This document shows positions 20,837-30,045 of a stretch of DNA of 60,765 nt, piece by piece. The position numbers were made by a program, and so were the translations under genes. How positions within the stretch are numbered: position 1 is the first letter of the stretch; each line of letters opens with the position of its first letter. The notes beneath the pieces are model-generated. The model worked only from the letters and a program-made list of their open reading frames with translations, had not been told where the DNA came from and did not search any database. Source of the stretch: Candidatus Saccharimonadales bacterium (GTDB lineage: Bacteria; Patescibacteriota; Saccharimonadia; Saccharimonadales; 2-12-FULL-41-12); NCBI GenBank assembly GCA_036278875.1, contig DASUKF010000030.1:1-60765 (forward strand), in the 5' to 3' direction.

Positions 20837-21645
20837 AAATTAAACAGCCTTCCGGCATTATTTGATGTCGCTTCGGCAAACTTTTCGTACGGCTCGCCTC
20901 GGAGTTCGCTTAGGAATTCGGCCGTAAGCCTGACATGCTGCGGTTTGCATACCTTGCCACGCAGCGGCTTTGGGGTTAGGTACGGCGCGTCCGTTTCCAC
21001 TACCAATCTGTCCAGGGGCACTCTTTTGGCCATTTTCAGCTGATTTTCATCGCGGGTAAAGGTCATTATGCCGTTTAAGCCTATATAAAGCCCTTTATTT
21101 AGTGCTTCGTCAAGGTTCTGTGTATCAGACGTGTAGCTATGCAGAACTCCTCCTACGGCCCCAAAATTGCTTACAATGGGCCAAAAATCGTCAAAAGCCT
21201 CGCGGATATGAAAAATTACCGGCAGTTTCCTGTCTGTGGCCAGCTGCAGGAACATTTCCAGCAATTTTATCTGTTCTTTCTTGGGTGAATGTTCATAGTA
21301 ATAATCCAGGCCCACTTCCCCTATAGCCGCGACTTTCGGCTTGCCGGCGAGCTCTTCAAATGCAGACAAGTCCTTGTGCTTCGATAAAAACTCTTTCGCT
21401 TCATGAGGATGCGTTCCGATTGTCGCCCGGCAGTTATCGCGGGTCTGGACGAAGTCCACCGCATCCAGGCTATCTTCCAAATCCGTACCAACGCATATCA
21501 GCCTGTCTACGCCCGCTTCGATGGCGGAGTTTATCAGCGCATCCGGGTCTGTTTCATTGGCCTCCTGCCATTTCTTGGCCGTAAAATCATCGCGGGTCGG
21601 CTTGGCCGCATGTATATGACAGTGCGTATCGGTCAGACCGCTCAT
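20833..21645 (-). CDS. tatD: TatD-family metal-dependent hydrolase/DNase
   Basis: N-terminal TDTHCHIH, GEVGLDYYY, HIREAFDD, VETDAPYL motifs. 270 aa. Confidence 0.88.
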   Translation of the reverse strand: MSGLTDTHCHIHAAKPTRDDFTAKKWQEANETDPDALINSAIEAGVDRLICVGTDLEDSLDAVDFVQTRDNCRATIGTHPHEAKEFLSKHKDLSAFEELAGKPKVAAIGEVGLDYYYEHSPKKEQIKLLEMFLQLATDRKLPVIFHIREAFDDFWPIVSNFGAVGGVLHSYTSDTQNLDEALNKGLYIGLNGIMTFTRDENQLKMAKRVPLDRLVVETDAPYLTPKPLRGKVCKPQHVRLTAEFLSELRGEPYEKFAEATSNNAGRLFNL

Positions 21646-23090
21646 GACTTTCTGGGCTGCTCGGTCTTCGGGAACAAGTTCGACTGGCTGGGTTTGATTA
21701 CACCGGTTTCAAAAATCTCTTTTATCTTAGCCGACGTGTCCGGCAGGAACGGTTTGAGCAGTTCGCTTATCTCCAGCAAATCACTGCACATATAAGCCAG
21801 CACCTGCTGGAGATGCTCGGCGTCGTTTGACTTGGCAATTACCCACGGTTTCTGCTCGTCGATGTACTGGTTCAGCCCGCGTATCTGCTCCCAGACTTCT
21901 TCCAGTGCGCGGTCAAAACGGCAATCGTCCAGATATTTATGATATTGGGCGCTGTCATGTTCGGACGGCGGAATATCGCCTATGACGCCCTTTTGATACT
22001 TGGTAATCATGGCTTCGGTACGGCTGACAGCATTGCCCAGCTCGTTGGCCAGCTCGCCGTTATAAGCACTCTCGAACTTCTCCCAGGTGAAATCGCCGTC
22101 ACCATAGCTCGGAGTATGGCGCAGGACATAATATCTAAGCGCGTCTATGCCGTGTTTTTCAACCACTTCGCGCGGGTGGATGACATTGCCCAGGGATTTG
22201 CTTATCTTCTGACCGTCGATGTTTATGAAGCCGTGAATATAAAGCGTCTTCGGCAGTGCGACACCCAGGCCCATCAGCATTCCGGGCCAGATAAGAGCAT
22301 GGAATCGCGAAATGTCCTTGCCGATAACCTGCACATCGGCCGGCCAGAAATCTTTGAAATCCTGGTTCTCCGGATATCCCAGCACGGTTATGTAGTTCAT
22401 CAGCGCCTCGAACCAGACATACATGACCTGGGTCGGGCTGTCCGGCACCGGAATTCCCCAGGATATCTTGTCTTTGGGACGCGATATGCTGACGTCTTCC
22501 AGACCTTCCTTTATGATGCCCAGTATCTCGTTCTTGCGTGTGTTGGGAATGATGCGTAAACTGCCGCCGGTGATTGCTTCGCTTATCTGTTTTGTAAAGG
22601 CCGTGAGCTTGAAGAAATAATTCTCTTCTTCCAGCCTCTCATAAGGCCGGTTGTGTATCGGGCAGATACCTTTATTCTCCTTGGCTACCGATTCGGTAAC
22701 GAAGGCTTCGCACCCGGTACAGTACCAACCGCTGTATTTGGATTTATAAATGAATTTCTCCAGTGACTTCCATATTAATGCGGCCCTTTGTTCATGTCCC
22801 GGGTCGGTAGTGCGGATAAAACGGTCGTTGCTCATATTCACCAGCGGGCCCAGGTCGCGCCACCGGGCGCTCATTTCGTCGGCATATTCGCGGATAGGTT
22901 TCTTCAGCTCGTCGGCTTTTTCCTGTATCTTGCCGCCGTGTTCGTCCGTGCCGGTGCTGAGGATGACTTTTTTGCCCTGCTGACGGGCATAGCGCGCTAA
23001 GACATCGGCGGTCAACAGTTCGTAGGTGTGCCCTATGTGCGGTTCGCCGTTTATGTATGGTATCGATGTAGTTACGTAATAATTATCCAT
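21642..23090 (-). CDS. metG: Methionine--tRNA ligase (short, no C-terminal tRNA-binding domain)
   Basis: HIGH motif (PHIGHTYE) and KMSKS motif (KISKSLGN). 482 aa. Confidence 0.93.
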   Translation of the reverse strand: MDNYYVTTSIPYINGEPHIGHTYELLTADVLARYARQQGKKVILSTGTDEHGGKIQEKADELKKPIREYADEMSARWRDLGPLVNMSNDRFIRTTDPGHEQRAALIWKSLEKFIYKSKYSGWYCTGCEAFVTESVAKENKGICPIHNRPYERLEEENYFFKLTAFTKQISEAITGGSLRIIPNTRKNEILGIIKEGLEDVSISRPKDKISWGIPVPDSPTQVMYVWFEALMNYITVLGYPENQDFKDFWPADVQVIGKDISRFHALIWPGMLMGLGVALPKTLYIHGFINIDGQKISKSLGNVIHPREVVEKHGIDALRYYVLRHTPSYGDGDFTWEKFESAYNGELANELGNAVSRTEAMITKYQKGVIGDIPPSEHDSAQYHKYLDDCRFDRALEEVWEQIRGLNQYIDEQKPWVIAKSNDAEHLQQVLAYMCSDLLEISELLKPFLPDTSAKIKEIFETGVIKPSQSNLFPKTEQPRKS

Positions 23091-24134
23091 CTATGCTCTT
23101 GTCCCGGCCCTTTTGGACTCTATGTATGATTGTAATACCGCCGTAGCTATAAATGCCACTCCGGCAAGCCCGGCAACGAATTCCGATATCTCGAACTTCA
23201 ATGAGAGGAGCATTATAAGCGCCAGGATTCCTATGGCATAATGCGCACCGTGTTCCATATATTTATACTGTTCCAGCACACCATGACGCAGCATGTGAAG
23301 TGTCAGAACCCGCACATAAAGCGCGCCGATGCCCAGACCCACGGCTATCAAAAATATCTGGTTGGTTATGGCGAACGCGCCGATGACGCCGTCCAGGCTG
23401 AAGCTGGCATCAACCATGTTCAAATACAAAAAGCCTATCAGGCCAGCCTTGAAGCCGGTGCTGGCGATAGCTTTTGCGCCGCCGCTTTTTCTGGTTTTTT
23501 CAAGCAGCGTGTCTATGGAGTTTATAGCCAGGTAGGAAAACAGTCCGATTATGCCGCTAGTCAGTACCACATGCTGTTCGTGGCCGCCGACCAGCTTTGA
23601 CATCCATAGCGTCACACCCAGCGCTATTATCACGCTCAGGCTCTCCAGCTTTCCTGCATTCTGCAGCAGCGTTTCGACTTTTTTCAACCATTTCGTCCGG
23701 CGTTTTTCAAAGAAGAAATCGAGGAAAATCATCAGCAGGAAAATACCGCCGAATGCGGATATGACCGGATGTGCTTCGCTCAGATGCTCGCCGTATTGCT
23801 CCGGATGGTTCAGAGCCAAATCCGTGACCGTACTTATCGATAAGCCGGAAGCCCAGACAACGATATAAAGTGGCAGTAATACCCTGACGATGAAGACGGC
23901 TATGAATATTCCGACTGTCAGGAACGCCTGCTGCCAGGCTGGGCTCATGCGCTGAAGTATGCGGGTGTTGATGACGGCGTTGTCCACGCTGAAAGTGATT
24001 TCAAGAGCCGCCAGCACAAGTACCAGAATCAACGCGGAAAGGCCGGCCCGGGCACCTACGAAAGCAATGAGCGCCAGAGAAACCAGAGTAGATATAGCAT
24101 AAATCCGTGCGAGAGAGGGCTTTTTGTCTGACAT
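23091..24134 (-). CDS. Integral membrane protein, TerC/DUF475-like
   Basis: 347 aa with about 9 TM helices. The FSVDNAVINT motif is typical of the TerC/DUF475 superfamily (assignment from memory). Confidence 0.5.
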   Translation of the reverse strand: MSDKKPSLARIYAISTLVSLALIAFVGARAGLSALILVLVLAALEITFSVDNAVINTRILQRMSPAWQQAFLTVGIFIAVFIVRVLLPLYIVVWASGLSISTVTDLALNHPEQYGEHLSEAHPVISAFGGIFLLMIFLDFFFEKRRTKWLKKVETLLQNAGKLESLSVIIALGVTLWMSKLVGGHEQHVVLTSGIIGLFSYLAINSIDTLLEKTRKSGGAKAIASTGFKAGLIGFLYLNMVDASFSLDGVIGAFAITNQIFLIAVGLGIGALYVRVLTLHMLRHGVLEQYKYMEHGAHYAIGILALIMLLSLKFEISEFVAGLAGVAFIATAVLQSYIESKRAGTRA

Positions 24135-24175
24135 TATTTAGGATATTTTAACTGAGAAACAAGGATATTACCACC

Positions 24176-24204
24176 TTGCTGAAAGGTTATTCTTATGCTA
24201 TAAT
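24176..24204 (+). promoter_or_regulatory. Sigma70-like promoter candidate for ssrA
   Basis: TTGCTG (24176-24181), 17-nt spacer, TATAAT (24199-24204), 11 nt before the tmRNA 5' GGGG. Confidence 0.5.
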
Positions 24205-24215
24205 TGTTGATTCAT

Positions 24216-24631
24216 GGGGCTGATTTTAGCTCGACATCGGACTTTTACAAGTTGACTCCGCAAGCCGCTTGCCAGCGTCATAGGCAAACTTGAATAAATG
24301 CAAAGTCATTTACTCAGCGTATAGCTAGCGCTATTAGCGAAAAAGCTTCGGCTTTTGCCGCTATGTTCAGCGTTCCAGCTTTCGCGACAGCTGCAGTTTA
24401 ATTACCGTAGCCGTGAACGGTTCGACATCAGATAGAATCGCTGCACGTCATATTTTCTGATTGCTCGGAGATTACCCTCTTCCATAATCTCCGCTAAGAC
24501 TTTGGAGGATAGATAGTTGGCTTTTTGTCTGTTTACCGGTCAGTTATCGAGATTTTATAAACAGACTAAGCTTGTAGACGAACAACGACGTAAACTGATG
24601 GACGCGGGAGCATTACCCGCCAGCTCCACCA
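24216..24631 (+). ncRNA. ssrA: tmRNA (transfer-messenger RNA)
   Basis: 5' GGGGCUGAUUUUAGCUCGAC pairs with 3' ...GGACGCGGGAGCAUUACCCGCCAGCUCCACCA to give a tRNA-Ala-like acceptor stem with a G3:U wobble, a T-arm (GCGGG/CCCGC) and an encoded CCA. An internal tag frame runs from GCA at 24300 to TAA at 24399-24401. Confidence 0.9.
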
Positions 24632-24636
24632 AAAAC

Positions 24637-24664
24637 GCATCAGAGAAATCTGGTGCTTTTTTAT
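24637..24664 (+). terminator. Rho-independent terminator of ssrA; copy 1 of a 28-nt direct repeat
   Basis: GCATCAG-AGAAAT-CTGGTGC hairpin (7 bp including one G:U) followed by TTTTTTAT. Confidence 0.6.
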
Positions 24665-24724
24665 TCCTGCTCATGCTTGCAGTAATTTGACTTCTTTGAT
24701 TAGATATTATAAATAAGGGATTTA

Positions 24725-25102
24725 ATGAACAAGGAACAATTTGAAAACGGTGTAGTCGAAGTGGTAAACACAGCCCACATGAATGGCGAGGCTAGTGTGT
24801 ATGGTTTCGAAACTGCTGAGGTCATGAGCCAACGAATAGCAGAAGATAAGTCAGACCTTTTTCGCTATCGCGCCGCAAATAAGGTTTTGTCATTTTTTGG
24901 AATAAAGAAACCGCTTGAGCAAGTCATTACAGGGCCGTCATCGGGCAGGCTTTATCCTGCGCTAGCCAAACTAGAAGGACTCGGAATTTTACAGTCTCAT
25001 TGGCAGAAAGTAACCGAGGCACCAAATGCAAGACGACGACGTTTGTATCAGCTGGCAGTTTCGCCCGACGAAGAGCCTGTAGCGTCCATGCTGGATGAAT
25101 AG
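24725..25102 (+). CDS. PadR-like winged-helix transcriptional regulator
   Basis: 125 aa. SGRLYPALAKLEGLGILQSHWQKV....RRRRLYQL matches the PadR wing/recognition pattern (G.LYP.L..LE..G.I...W......R..Y.LT). Confidence 0.65.
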   Translation: MNKEQFENGVVEVVNTAHMNGEASVYGFETAEVMSQRIAEDKSDLFRYRAANKVLSFFGIKKPLEQVITGPSSGRLYPALAKLEGLGILQSHWQKVTEAPNARRRRLYQLAVSPDEEPVASMLDE

Positions 25103-25133
25103 TTATTCATTGAGCACATGCTTTGCAATATAG

Positions 25134-25161
25134 GCATCAGAGAAATCCGGTGCTTTTTTAT
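25134..25161. terminator. Terminator-like hairpin between convergent genes; copy 2 of the 28-nt direct repeat
   Basis: GCATCAGAGAAATCCGGTGCTTTTTTAT is identical to 24637-24664 except for one T-to-C change, which creates an A:C mismatch in the stem. Confidence 0.45.
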
Positions 25162-25165
25162 AGAG

Positions 25166-26137
25166 TCAGGACTTGGTCAGACCGCTCTCTGCAGCCCGTA
25201 CCCCGAAGCGCCTGCCGTTACGATCTGCAGGGTCCCAGTCGTCCAGGTCAAGCACACGGCGTTCGGAACTCCAGTACACACCGGCGACCCTGGCAAGAGA
25301 CTTCGGATTGCCACGGGTACTAAGAACAAATATCGCTTCATTGGCAAAATCGACGTCCGGCCTGAAGTGAGGGGTGCCATTCACTTGATGCAGCAGCTGT
25401 AAGGCAATAACGGTATCAGGCGTAACGGTCGGATCGACTGCTTCGTACAGGTCGACAGTCTTATCTTTGGAACGAGGTCTATCTACGCTTACGTCTATTA
25501 CGGGATAAACCCATACCGTGCCGTCGTCACCCGCTACTGCCTGGCCGCTGTCTGCCATCGCATCTATAAAGTGGGTGCGTCCTACGGCCTGTTCGCCATT
25601 CGGCAGCTTGTAGCCCAAACCATAGATAGTACGGTCTTCTTTGACTTTGCCGTCCGGATCGCGCAGAAGCCGGCCATAACGCCGGGTTTCATCCGGCACC
25701 CAAAGCGGATCCCTTGAAACATTAAATTTATTAGCAGGAAACAGACCGCGCGCAAGAGTAGCTATATCCTGACGGCCCTTAAGATCCAAAAGCGGGGTTG
25801 GAACCACTCTTTTACCGGGGTTTTTTTCCATCGTATCGGCTATGGATGCCTTCTGCTCATCGGAAAGCTCGGGGGAGTTCATGCCCAGGTTCTGCCAGAA
25901 CTCGGCCATTACCCCAAGCTGTTCGTCCAAATCCATGTCTGAATCAGGGTCTATAAAACCCTCTACTTTATTTTTAAGCATGGTTTGGTCAAGCGATGGC
26001 TCATCTAATTCCGACGCTGTGGCAGCGGCTCCGACAAGGCTTTCGGGAAGAACCAGGCCTTCGGTCTGCACCCGCCTTTCCACTTCTGCCAGTAATTCGG
26101 GCGTGGAAATTGCTTCAAATATCTTTTTATCGTCCAT
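25166..26137 (-). CDS. Hypothetical protein (orphan, acidic N-terminal region)
   Basis: 323-aa ORF with no TM and no motif I recognise. Locally GC-rich. Confidence 0.55.
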   Translation of the reverse strand: MDDKKIFEAISTPELLAEVERRVQTEGLVLPESLVGAAATASELDEPSLDQTMLKNKVEGFIDPDSDMDLDEQLGVMAEFWQNLGMNSPELSDEQKASIADTMEKNPGKRVVPTPLLDLKGRQDIATLARGLFPANKFNVSRDPLWVPDETRRYGRLLRDPDGKVKEDRTIYGLGYKLPNGEQAVGRTHFIDAMADSGQAVAGDDGTVWVYPVIDVSVDRPRSKDKTVDLYEAVDPTVTPDTVIALQLLHQVNGTPHFRPDVDFANEAIFVLSTRGNPKSLARVAGVYWSSERRVLDLDDWDPADRNGRRFGVRAAESGLTKS

Positions 26138-26246
26138 AAATTTTAGTTGATTCTTTGAATCTAGTATTATAATAACATATATATAAATAATTGTAAAGCA
26201 CTAGGCCCTGAGTCAATTTTCGAGCTTTTTTGATATCATTAAAGAA

Positions 26247-26768
26247 ATGGCCAGACAGCACATACATATAATCCTTACCGGCGGTACCATTGATTCGGAA
26301 TGGAACCCTTCCAAAGACACCGCTACCACGGCAAGCGAATCTGTCATTCCGGATTATTTTGAAAAGTTAAAGCCGGATTTCGACCTGACTTTTGAAACAG
26401 CCCTCATGAAAGACAGCAGAGAGTTAACCGGGGATGATATAAGGGCAATCTGTGCCGCCGTTGACGGCGCGCCATCCGAAAGAATTTTAATCACCCATGG
26501 CACGTATACCATGCCTGACACGGCAAGGTATCTTGAGCAGAATATGAAATCTGGAAAGTCAGTAGTATTGACCGGCTCCATAATTCCATTGAAAGGCTAC
26601 GACATGTCTGACGCTCCATTTAATCTAGGATTTGCTATGGCTCAGCTCCTAAATATGCAGCCGGGCGTAAAAATAGTTTTGCAAGGACATGTCTTCTCAC
26701 CGCAGGATGTGGGTAAAAATCTGGCAGAAGGCAGGTTCTTCTCACTCGAAGAATTAGGCAAGAGTTAA
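26247..26768 (+). CDS. Asparaginase-family protein (N-terminal domain only)
   Basis: IILTGGTIDS (TGGTI nucleophile motif) and ILITHGTYTM (HGTDTM-like). At 173 aa it is roughly half a type I asparaginase. Confidence 0.65.
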   Translation: MARQHIHIILTGGTIDSEWNPSKDTATTASESVIPDYFEKLKPDFDLTFETALMKDSRELTGDDIRAICAAVDGAPSERILITHGTYTMPDTARYLEQNMKSGKSVVLTGSIIPLKGYDMSDAPFNLGFAMAQLLNMQPGVKIVLQGHVFSPQDVGKNLAEGRFFSLEELGKS

Positions 26769-27670
26769 ATCCAGCGGAGCTTTTTTGACCTTCTAACCTG
26801 AGCGTAGTAGATTCCGAGGAAAATCAAAGCTCCGCCGATGATAATTTTCCGGCTGGGCACTTCGGACAGGATGAACCAGGCCGCGATAGCCGTAGCCAGC
26901 GGATGCAGATACCGGAAAATGCCGACTTCCTGGGCCTTCTTGTATTTTAGGCCCATGTAGAACAGGCAGTTCGCAAATGTTATGAGGATTATGTTAAAAA
27001 ACATTGCCAAATACCCGTTCCTGCCGGCATGGTCCGGGCTTAGCATATAAAGATTCGGCAAGGAATAAACAGCAATCGGCAGGATTCCCCATAGCATATG
27101 AAGCGATGTGAGCTGATACGGGTGAATTCTTTTTAGAAGCGGCTTGAACATAAGGGTGCTTATGACTTCGCAAAGTACGGCGAGGACGACGAACAGGCTG
27201 CCGGTTACCGCCTGGTTGGAATCTGAAGCTTCCCAGGGCTTGCCGATTATGATGGCCGCTCCGGCAAAAGCTATGAGTATGCCCACGAACGTTTTGAAAC
27301 TTAGACGCTCCTTTAAAAATTCCACGGATAATATAAAGAGCAGGAACGGTCCGAGCAGGCTTATTAAGGAAGCATTGACGCTCGGGATTCTTTGAAGCCC
27401 CATGAGCAGGGCGACATTACCTAGCGATATTGACAATATGGAGCCGGTTATCAGTATGAAGTGATCCTTGTTTTTAAGCGGCTTCCAATATTTATAAGCC
27501 AAAGGCGCTACCAGCAATCCGGAAATAAATATGGTTATCGAAAGAAAAAGAGGAATAGATATGGTCTGAATGCCCAGTTTTATAACCGGGACATTAACCC
27601 CCCAGAGTATCTCGGCCAAAGATAGCGCAAAAAACGCGGCAGTGAGTTTTTGTTTTTTTGTTTTTGGCAT
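26765..27670 (-). CDS. EamA/DMT-family transporter
   Basis: 301 aa with about 10 TM helices in two halves, typical of the drug/metabolite transporter fold. Confidence 0.75.
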   Translation of the reverse strand: MPKTKKQKLTAAFFALSLAEILWGVNVPVIKLGIQTISIPLFLSITIFISGLLVAPLAYKYWKPLKNKDHFILITGSILSISLGNVALLMGLQRIPSVNASLISLLGPFLLFILSVEFLKERLSFKTFVGILIAFAGAAIIIGKPWEASDSNQAVTGSLFVVLAVLCEVISTLMFKPLLKRIHPYQLTSLHMLWGILPIAVYSLPNLYMLSPDHAGRNGYLAMFFNIILITFANCLFYMGLKYKKAQEVGIFRYLHPLATAIAAWFILSEVPSRKIIIGGALIFLGIYYAQVRRSKKLRWI

Positions 27671-27719
27671 AATTTACTCCCCTTAACTATAGTATAATCC
27701 TGGATACATTAGGAGCATT

Positions 27720-28490
27720 ATGGGCAGCACTATCGAGCAGGAACCGGTCCGCAATAACCCCTTGTCTGGCATTGTCAGCCCGTGGGACGTGAATATAGTA
27801 AGAGCCGGCGCAGATACGGAACCGCTCATAGTTATTACAGATGCCTTTAGGCAGACGAGCTTAGAAACAAGGTCTGCCGTAGGAGAAATGGTTGAAGCAA
27901 GCCTGGGCAGTGTCGACCCGGCCATGTTCGGTCCTGAAGAGAAAGTTTCCCCGTCCAGACGCACAAGTACGAAACTTGAGCGTATAAAAGAGTCGGAGCT
28001 TCTAACCCTGACGGGTGATGTGGATGACCCCCAGTTTTCGCTCCGGGCAATGATTGCGATAAGCGATACGGATTATGCGGCTGGCCGCAGACATACGGCT
28101 ACGGTATTTGACGGAAGAACACCTATTCTGCATGCGGGTTTCCGCGATGAAGAATACAATGATGAATGGGTATATTATTGGGACGGTGTAAACGATGATG
28201 AAGCACCGGAATCATTTAAATTCAACCACCCGTCCATAGGTTTCATCATCGGCAATACAGAACTTGCCGAAGGAGATATGCAAGATGCTATAGCCAGCTT
28301 GTTCGTAATGGTTGAAAGCAGACAGAACCATCACGCAGGTTCGTTGACAGAATTTTATTCAGGACAAGGGCCCTCAGGGCCTCCGCATGAAAAAACTTTC
28401 GAAGCTATGACGTTCGGGACTGTTCCCAGAAGCGAGTTCACAGATGCCCTAGGCGCTTTAGCTGCCAACCCCGATGCTTTAAAATCCTAA
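27720..28490 (+). CDS. Hypothetical protein (orphan family A, copy 1)
   Basis: 256-aa soluble ORF. Shares LxVITD...R.....AV..M and F.DG....(I/V)(L/F)(H/N)(A/S)G(F/I)RD with the 29333 gene at similar spacing. Confidence 0.55.
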   Translation: MGSTIEQEPVRNNPLSGIVSPWDVNIVRAGADTEPLIVITDAFRQTSLETRSAVGEMVEASLGSVDPAMFGPEEKVSPSRRTSTKLERIKESELLTLTGDVDDPQFSLRAMIAISDTDYAAGRRHTATVFDGRTPILHAGFRDEEYNDEWVYYWDGVNDDEAPESFKFNHPSIGFIIGNTELAEGDMQDAIASLFVMVESRQNHHAGSLTEFYSGQGPSGPPHEKTFEAMTFGTVPRSEFTDALGALAANPDALKS

Positions 28491-29251
28491 GATTCTGCAA
28501 CTTCAATGAGGCCGGATTCATGTTCTATTTCAAACTGTTCCGGGAAAATTTCTTCTATCGCGACTGCGCTTACGGTATTCATGAATGCAAGCAGAGCTGA
28601 ACGCCGGCGGCCTCCGCGCTCCACCCTGGCATGAGTTGCAGGGCAACGGCGGTCAAGGACCCTGCCCAAATGCCGGTAGCGCGGCCGAATATCCAGCTGC
28701 CCTTTTGCATCGGTTTCTACGCTGAACGAACGCCTATGGGCTCCCGGAGGGGCTAAAGAAGCTTCCTTCACTAGAAGGAATGTCCATGGCCGTCTCGGAT
28801 TCCTGCCCCGCATCAGAGCTGTAAGGTTGACGGCCCCGACCATTTTCCCCGCGAATGCGGCACCGTATATATGCTTGAGTACGCGGGAAGTACTTTGTTG
28901 AACGGTTGAAAGGGTCTGTGGTACTTCGGCCTCGGTTTCGTAAATGTTGCCGACTGCCCTTAAACCGGCTACGACCGTACGGCTGCCAAGCTCCGCATTC
29001 ACTTCAAGCCTTTGCCAGTTTCTTAATTCCTTGCCTTTAACTTCATCGTCAAGATGGCCGGTAGCGGTTTCCCGGATAACTTCCAGGACCCCTTTTTCCA
29101 GCTTGGTATACGGGTTCGTCGCAGCGTCATCCGGAGTTTCCAGCTTATCAACCAATCTTTCACGAAAGGCATCAGCATGTGCCTCATCGCCGACCAATGG
29201 CGCAAAGAATTGCTCAAAGTGGCCTTCAGGTACTGCCCGGGGTAATTTCAT
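28487..29251 (-). CDS. Hypothetical protein (orphan, Arg-rich C-terminal half)
   Basis: 254-aa ORF with no recognisable motif. Its stop overlaps the stop of the convergent 27720 gene. Confidence 0.55.
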   Translation of the reverse strand: MKLPRAVPEGHFEQFFAPLVGDEAHADAFRERLVDKLETPDDAATNPYTKLEKGVLEVIRETATGHLDDEVKGKELRNWQRLEVNAELGSRTVVAGLRAVGNIYETEAEVPQTLSTVQQSTSRVLKHIYGAAFAGKMVGAVNLTALMRGRNPRRPWTFLLVKEASLAPPGAHRRSFSVETDAKGQLDIRPRYRHLGRVLDRRCPATHARVERGGRRRSALLAFMNTVSAVAIEEIFPEQFEIEHESGLIEVAES

Positions 29252-29332
29252 AAACTAATTATGCCATATATTTATTTTATTGTCGAAAATATACTAATTG
29301 TAAAAAACTAACAAATATGGCATTATATCTGG

Positions 29333-30013
29333 ATGTTAAGGCCGGGATTTCCGCAATTAACCTACTCTGCCGAGGAAGGCGCACGGGTAGCATTCAACCC
29401 CGAACTGGGGCAGGAACTTGATGCCCGGACTTCGGGTTTATTGAAGTTCGGCGAAGATTTGGCAGTTATTACCGATTTGACCCGAGAAAACGCCGCTACT
29501 GCTGTGCGTGACATGTCTATAGTACTAAGCCAAGCAATCAGAGCTGACGGCCAGCGGCCATTTTTGGAAGTCCGACCCGGTGCATACGGCGGTTTTTTGT
29601 ACCGTGTGTCCGCTGAGTTACGAGCTAGTCTGGATGTAATCATGTCCGACGAAGCCCGTGCCGAGACTGTAGCCAGGAACTGCTTTGCCGCGATGGATAG
29701 AATGAACCGGGGCCGTTCAACGGATGAAGAAGAGCTGATGGCCCTCCATTTTGCAGACGGCAGCCATGTATTCAACTCCGGCATACGTGATCTCAACGTG
29801 AGCGATGGCTCCATAGGCAACTTGTACTTCGGTGGCGACGCGGGCGTCCATACCATACCGGGAGATATGTCAGAAGACGGCGATATAGTGCGCCATTACA
29901 ATACGGACCATCCGCATCAGGCTCTGGGCCTATTATTGGGTGTCGGTTCACTGGCGCATAACGCTTACCGCCACAGCTTATATACCGAGATGGCCAATGT
30001 ATTAGCTTCTTAG
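29333..30013 (+). CDS. Hypothetical protein (orphan family A, copy 2)
   Basis: 226-aa soluble ORF. Apparent distant paralog of 27720..28490 (LAVITDLTRENAATAVRDM; HFADGSHVFNSGIRD). Confidence 0.55.
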   Translation: MLRPGFPQLTYSAEEGARVAFNPELGQELDARTSGLLKFGEDLAVITDLTRENAATAVRDMSIVLSQAIRADGQRPFLEVRPGAYGGFLYRVSAELRASLDVIMSDEARAETVARNCFAAMDRMNRGRSTDEEELMALHFADGSHVFNSGIRDLNVSDGSIGNLYFGGDAGVHTIPGDMSEDGDIVRHYNTDHPHQALGLLLGVGSLAHNAYRHSLYTEMANVLAS

Positions 30014-30016
30014 TAA

Positions 30017-30045
30017 TTGACAGTGGGCTAAGCTTATGTTAATAT
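30017..30045 (+). promoter_or_regulatory. Sigma70-like promoter candidate for the DEAD-box helicase
   Basis: TTGACA (30017-30022), 17-nt spacer, TAATAT (30040-30045). This implies a leader of about 95 nt containing a 7-bp hairpin at 30089-30113. Confidence 0.45.

Noticed and set aside
23091-24134. Possibility that this multi-TM protein is the missing ATPase a subunit
   Set aside because: It is 347 aa with about 9 TM helices and a FSVDNAV TerC/DUF475-type motif. It has no a-subunit Arg helix and is separated from the atp operon by three unrelated genes.
24216-30013. Classic integrase-bearing genomic island inserted into ssrA
   Set aside because: No integrase, recombinase or phage gene is present. 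The direct repeat covers the terminator, not the tmRNA 3' end. I keep only the weaker islet/accessory-block hypotheses.
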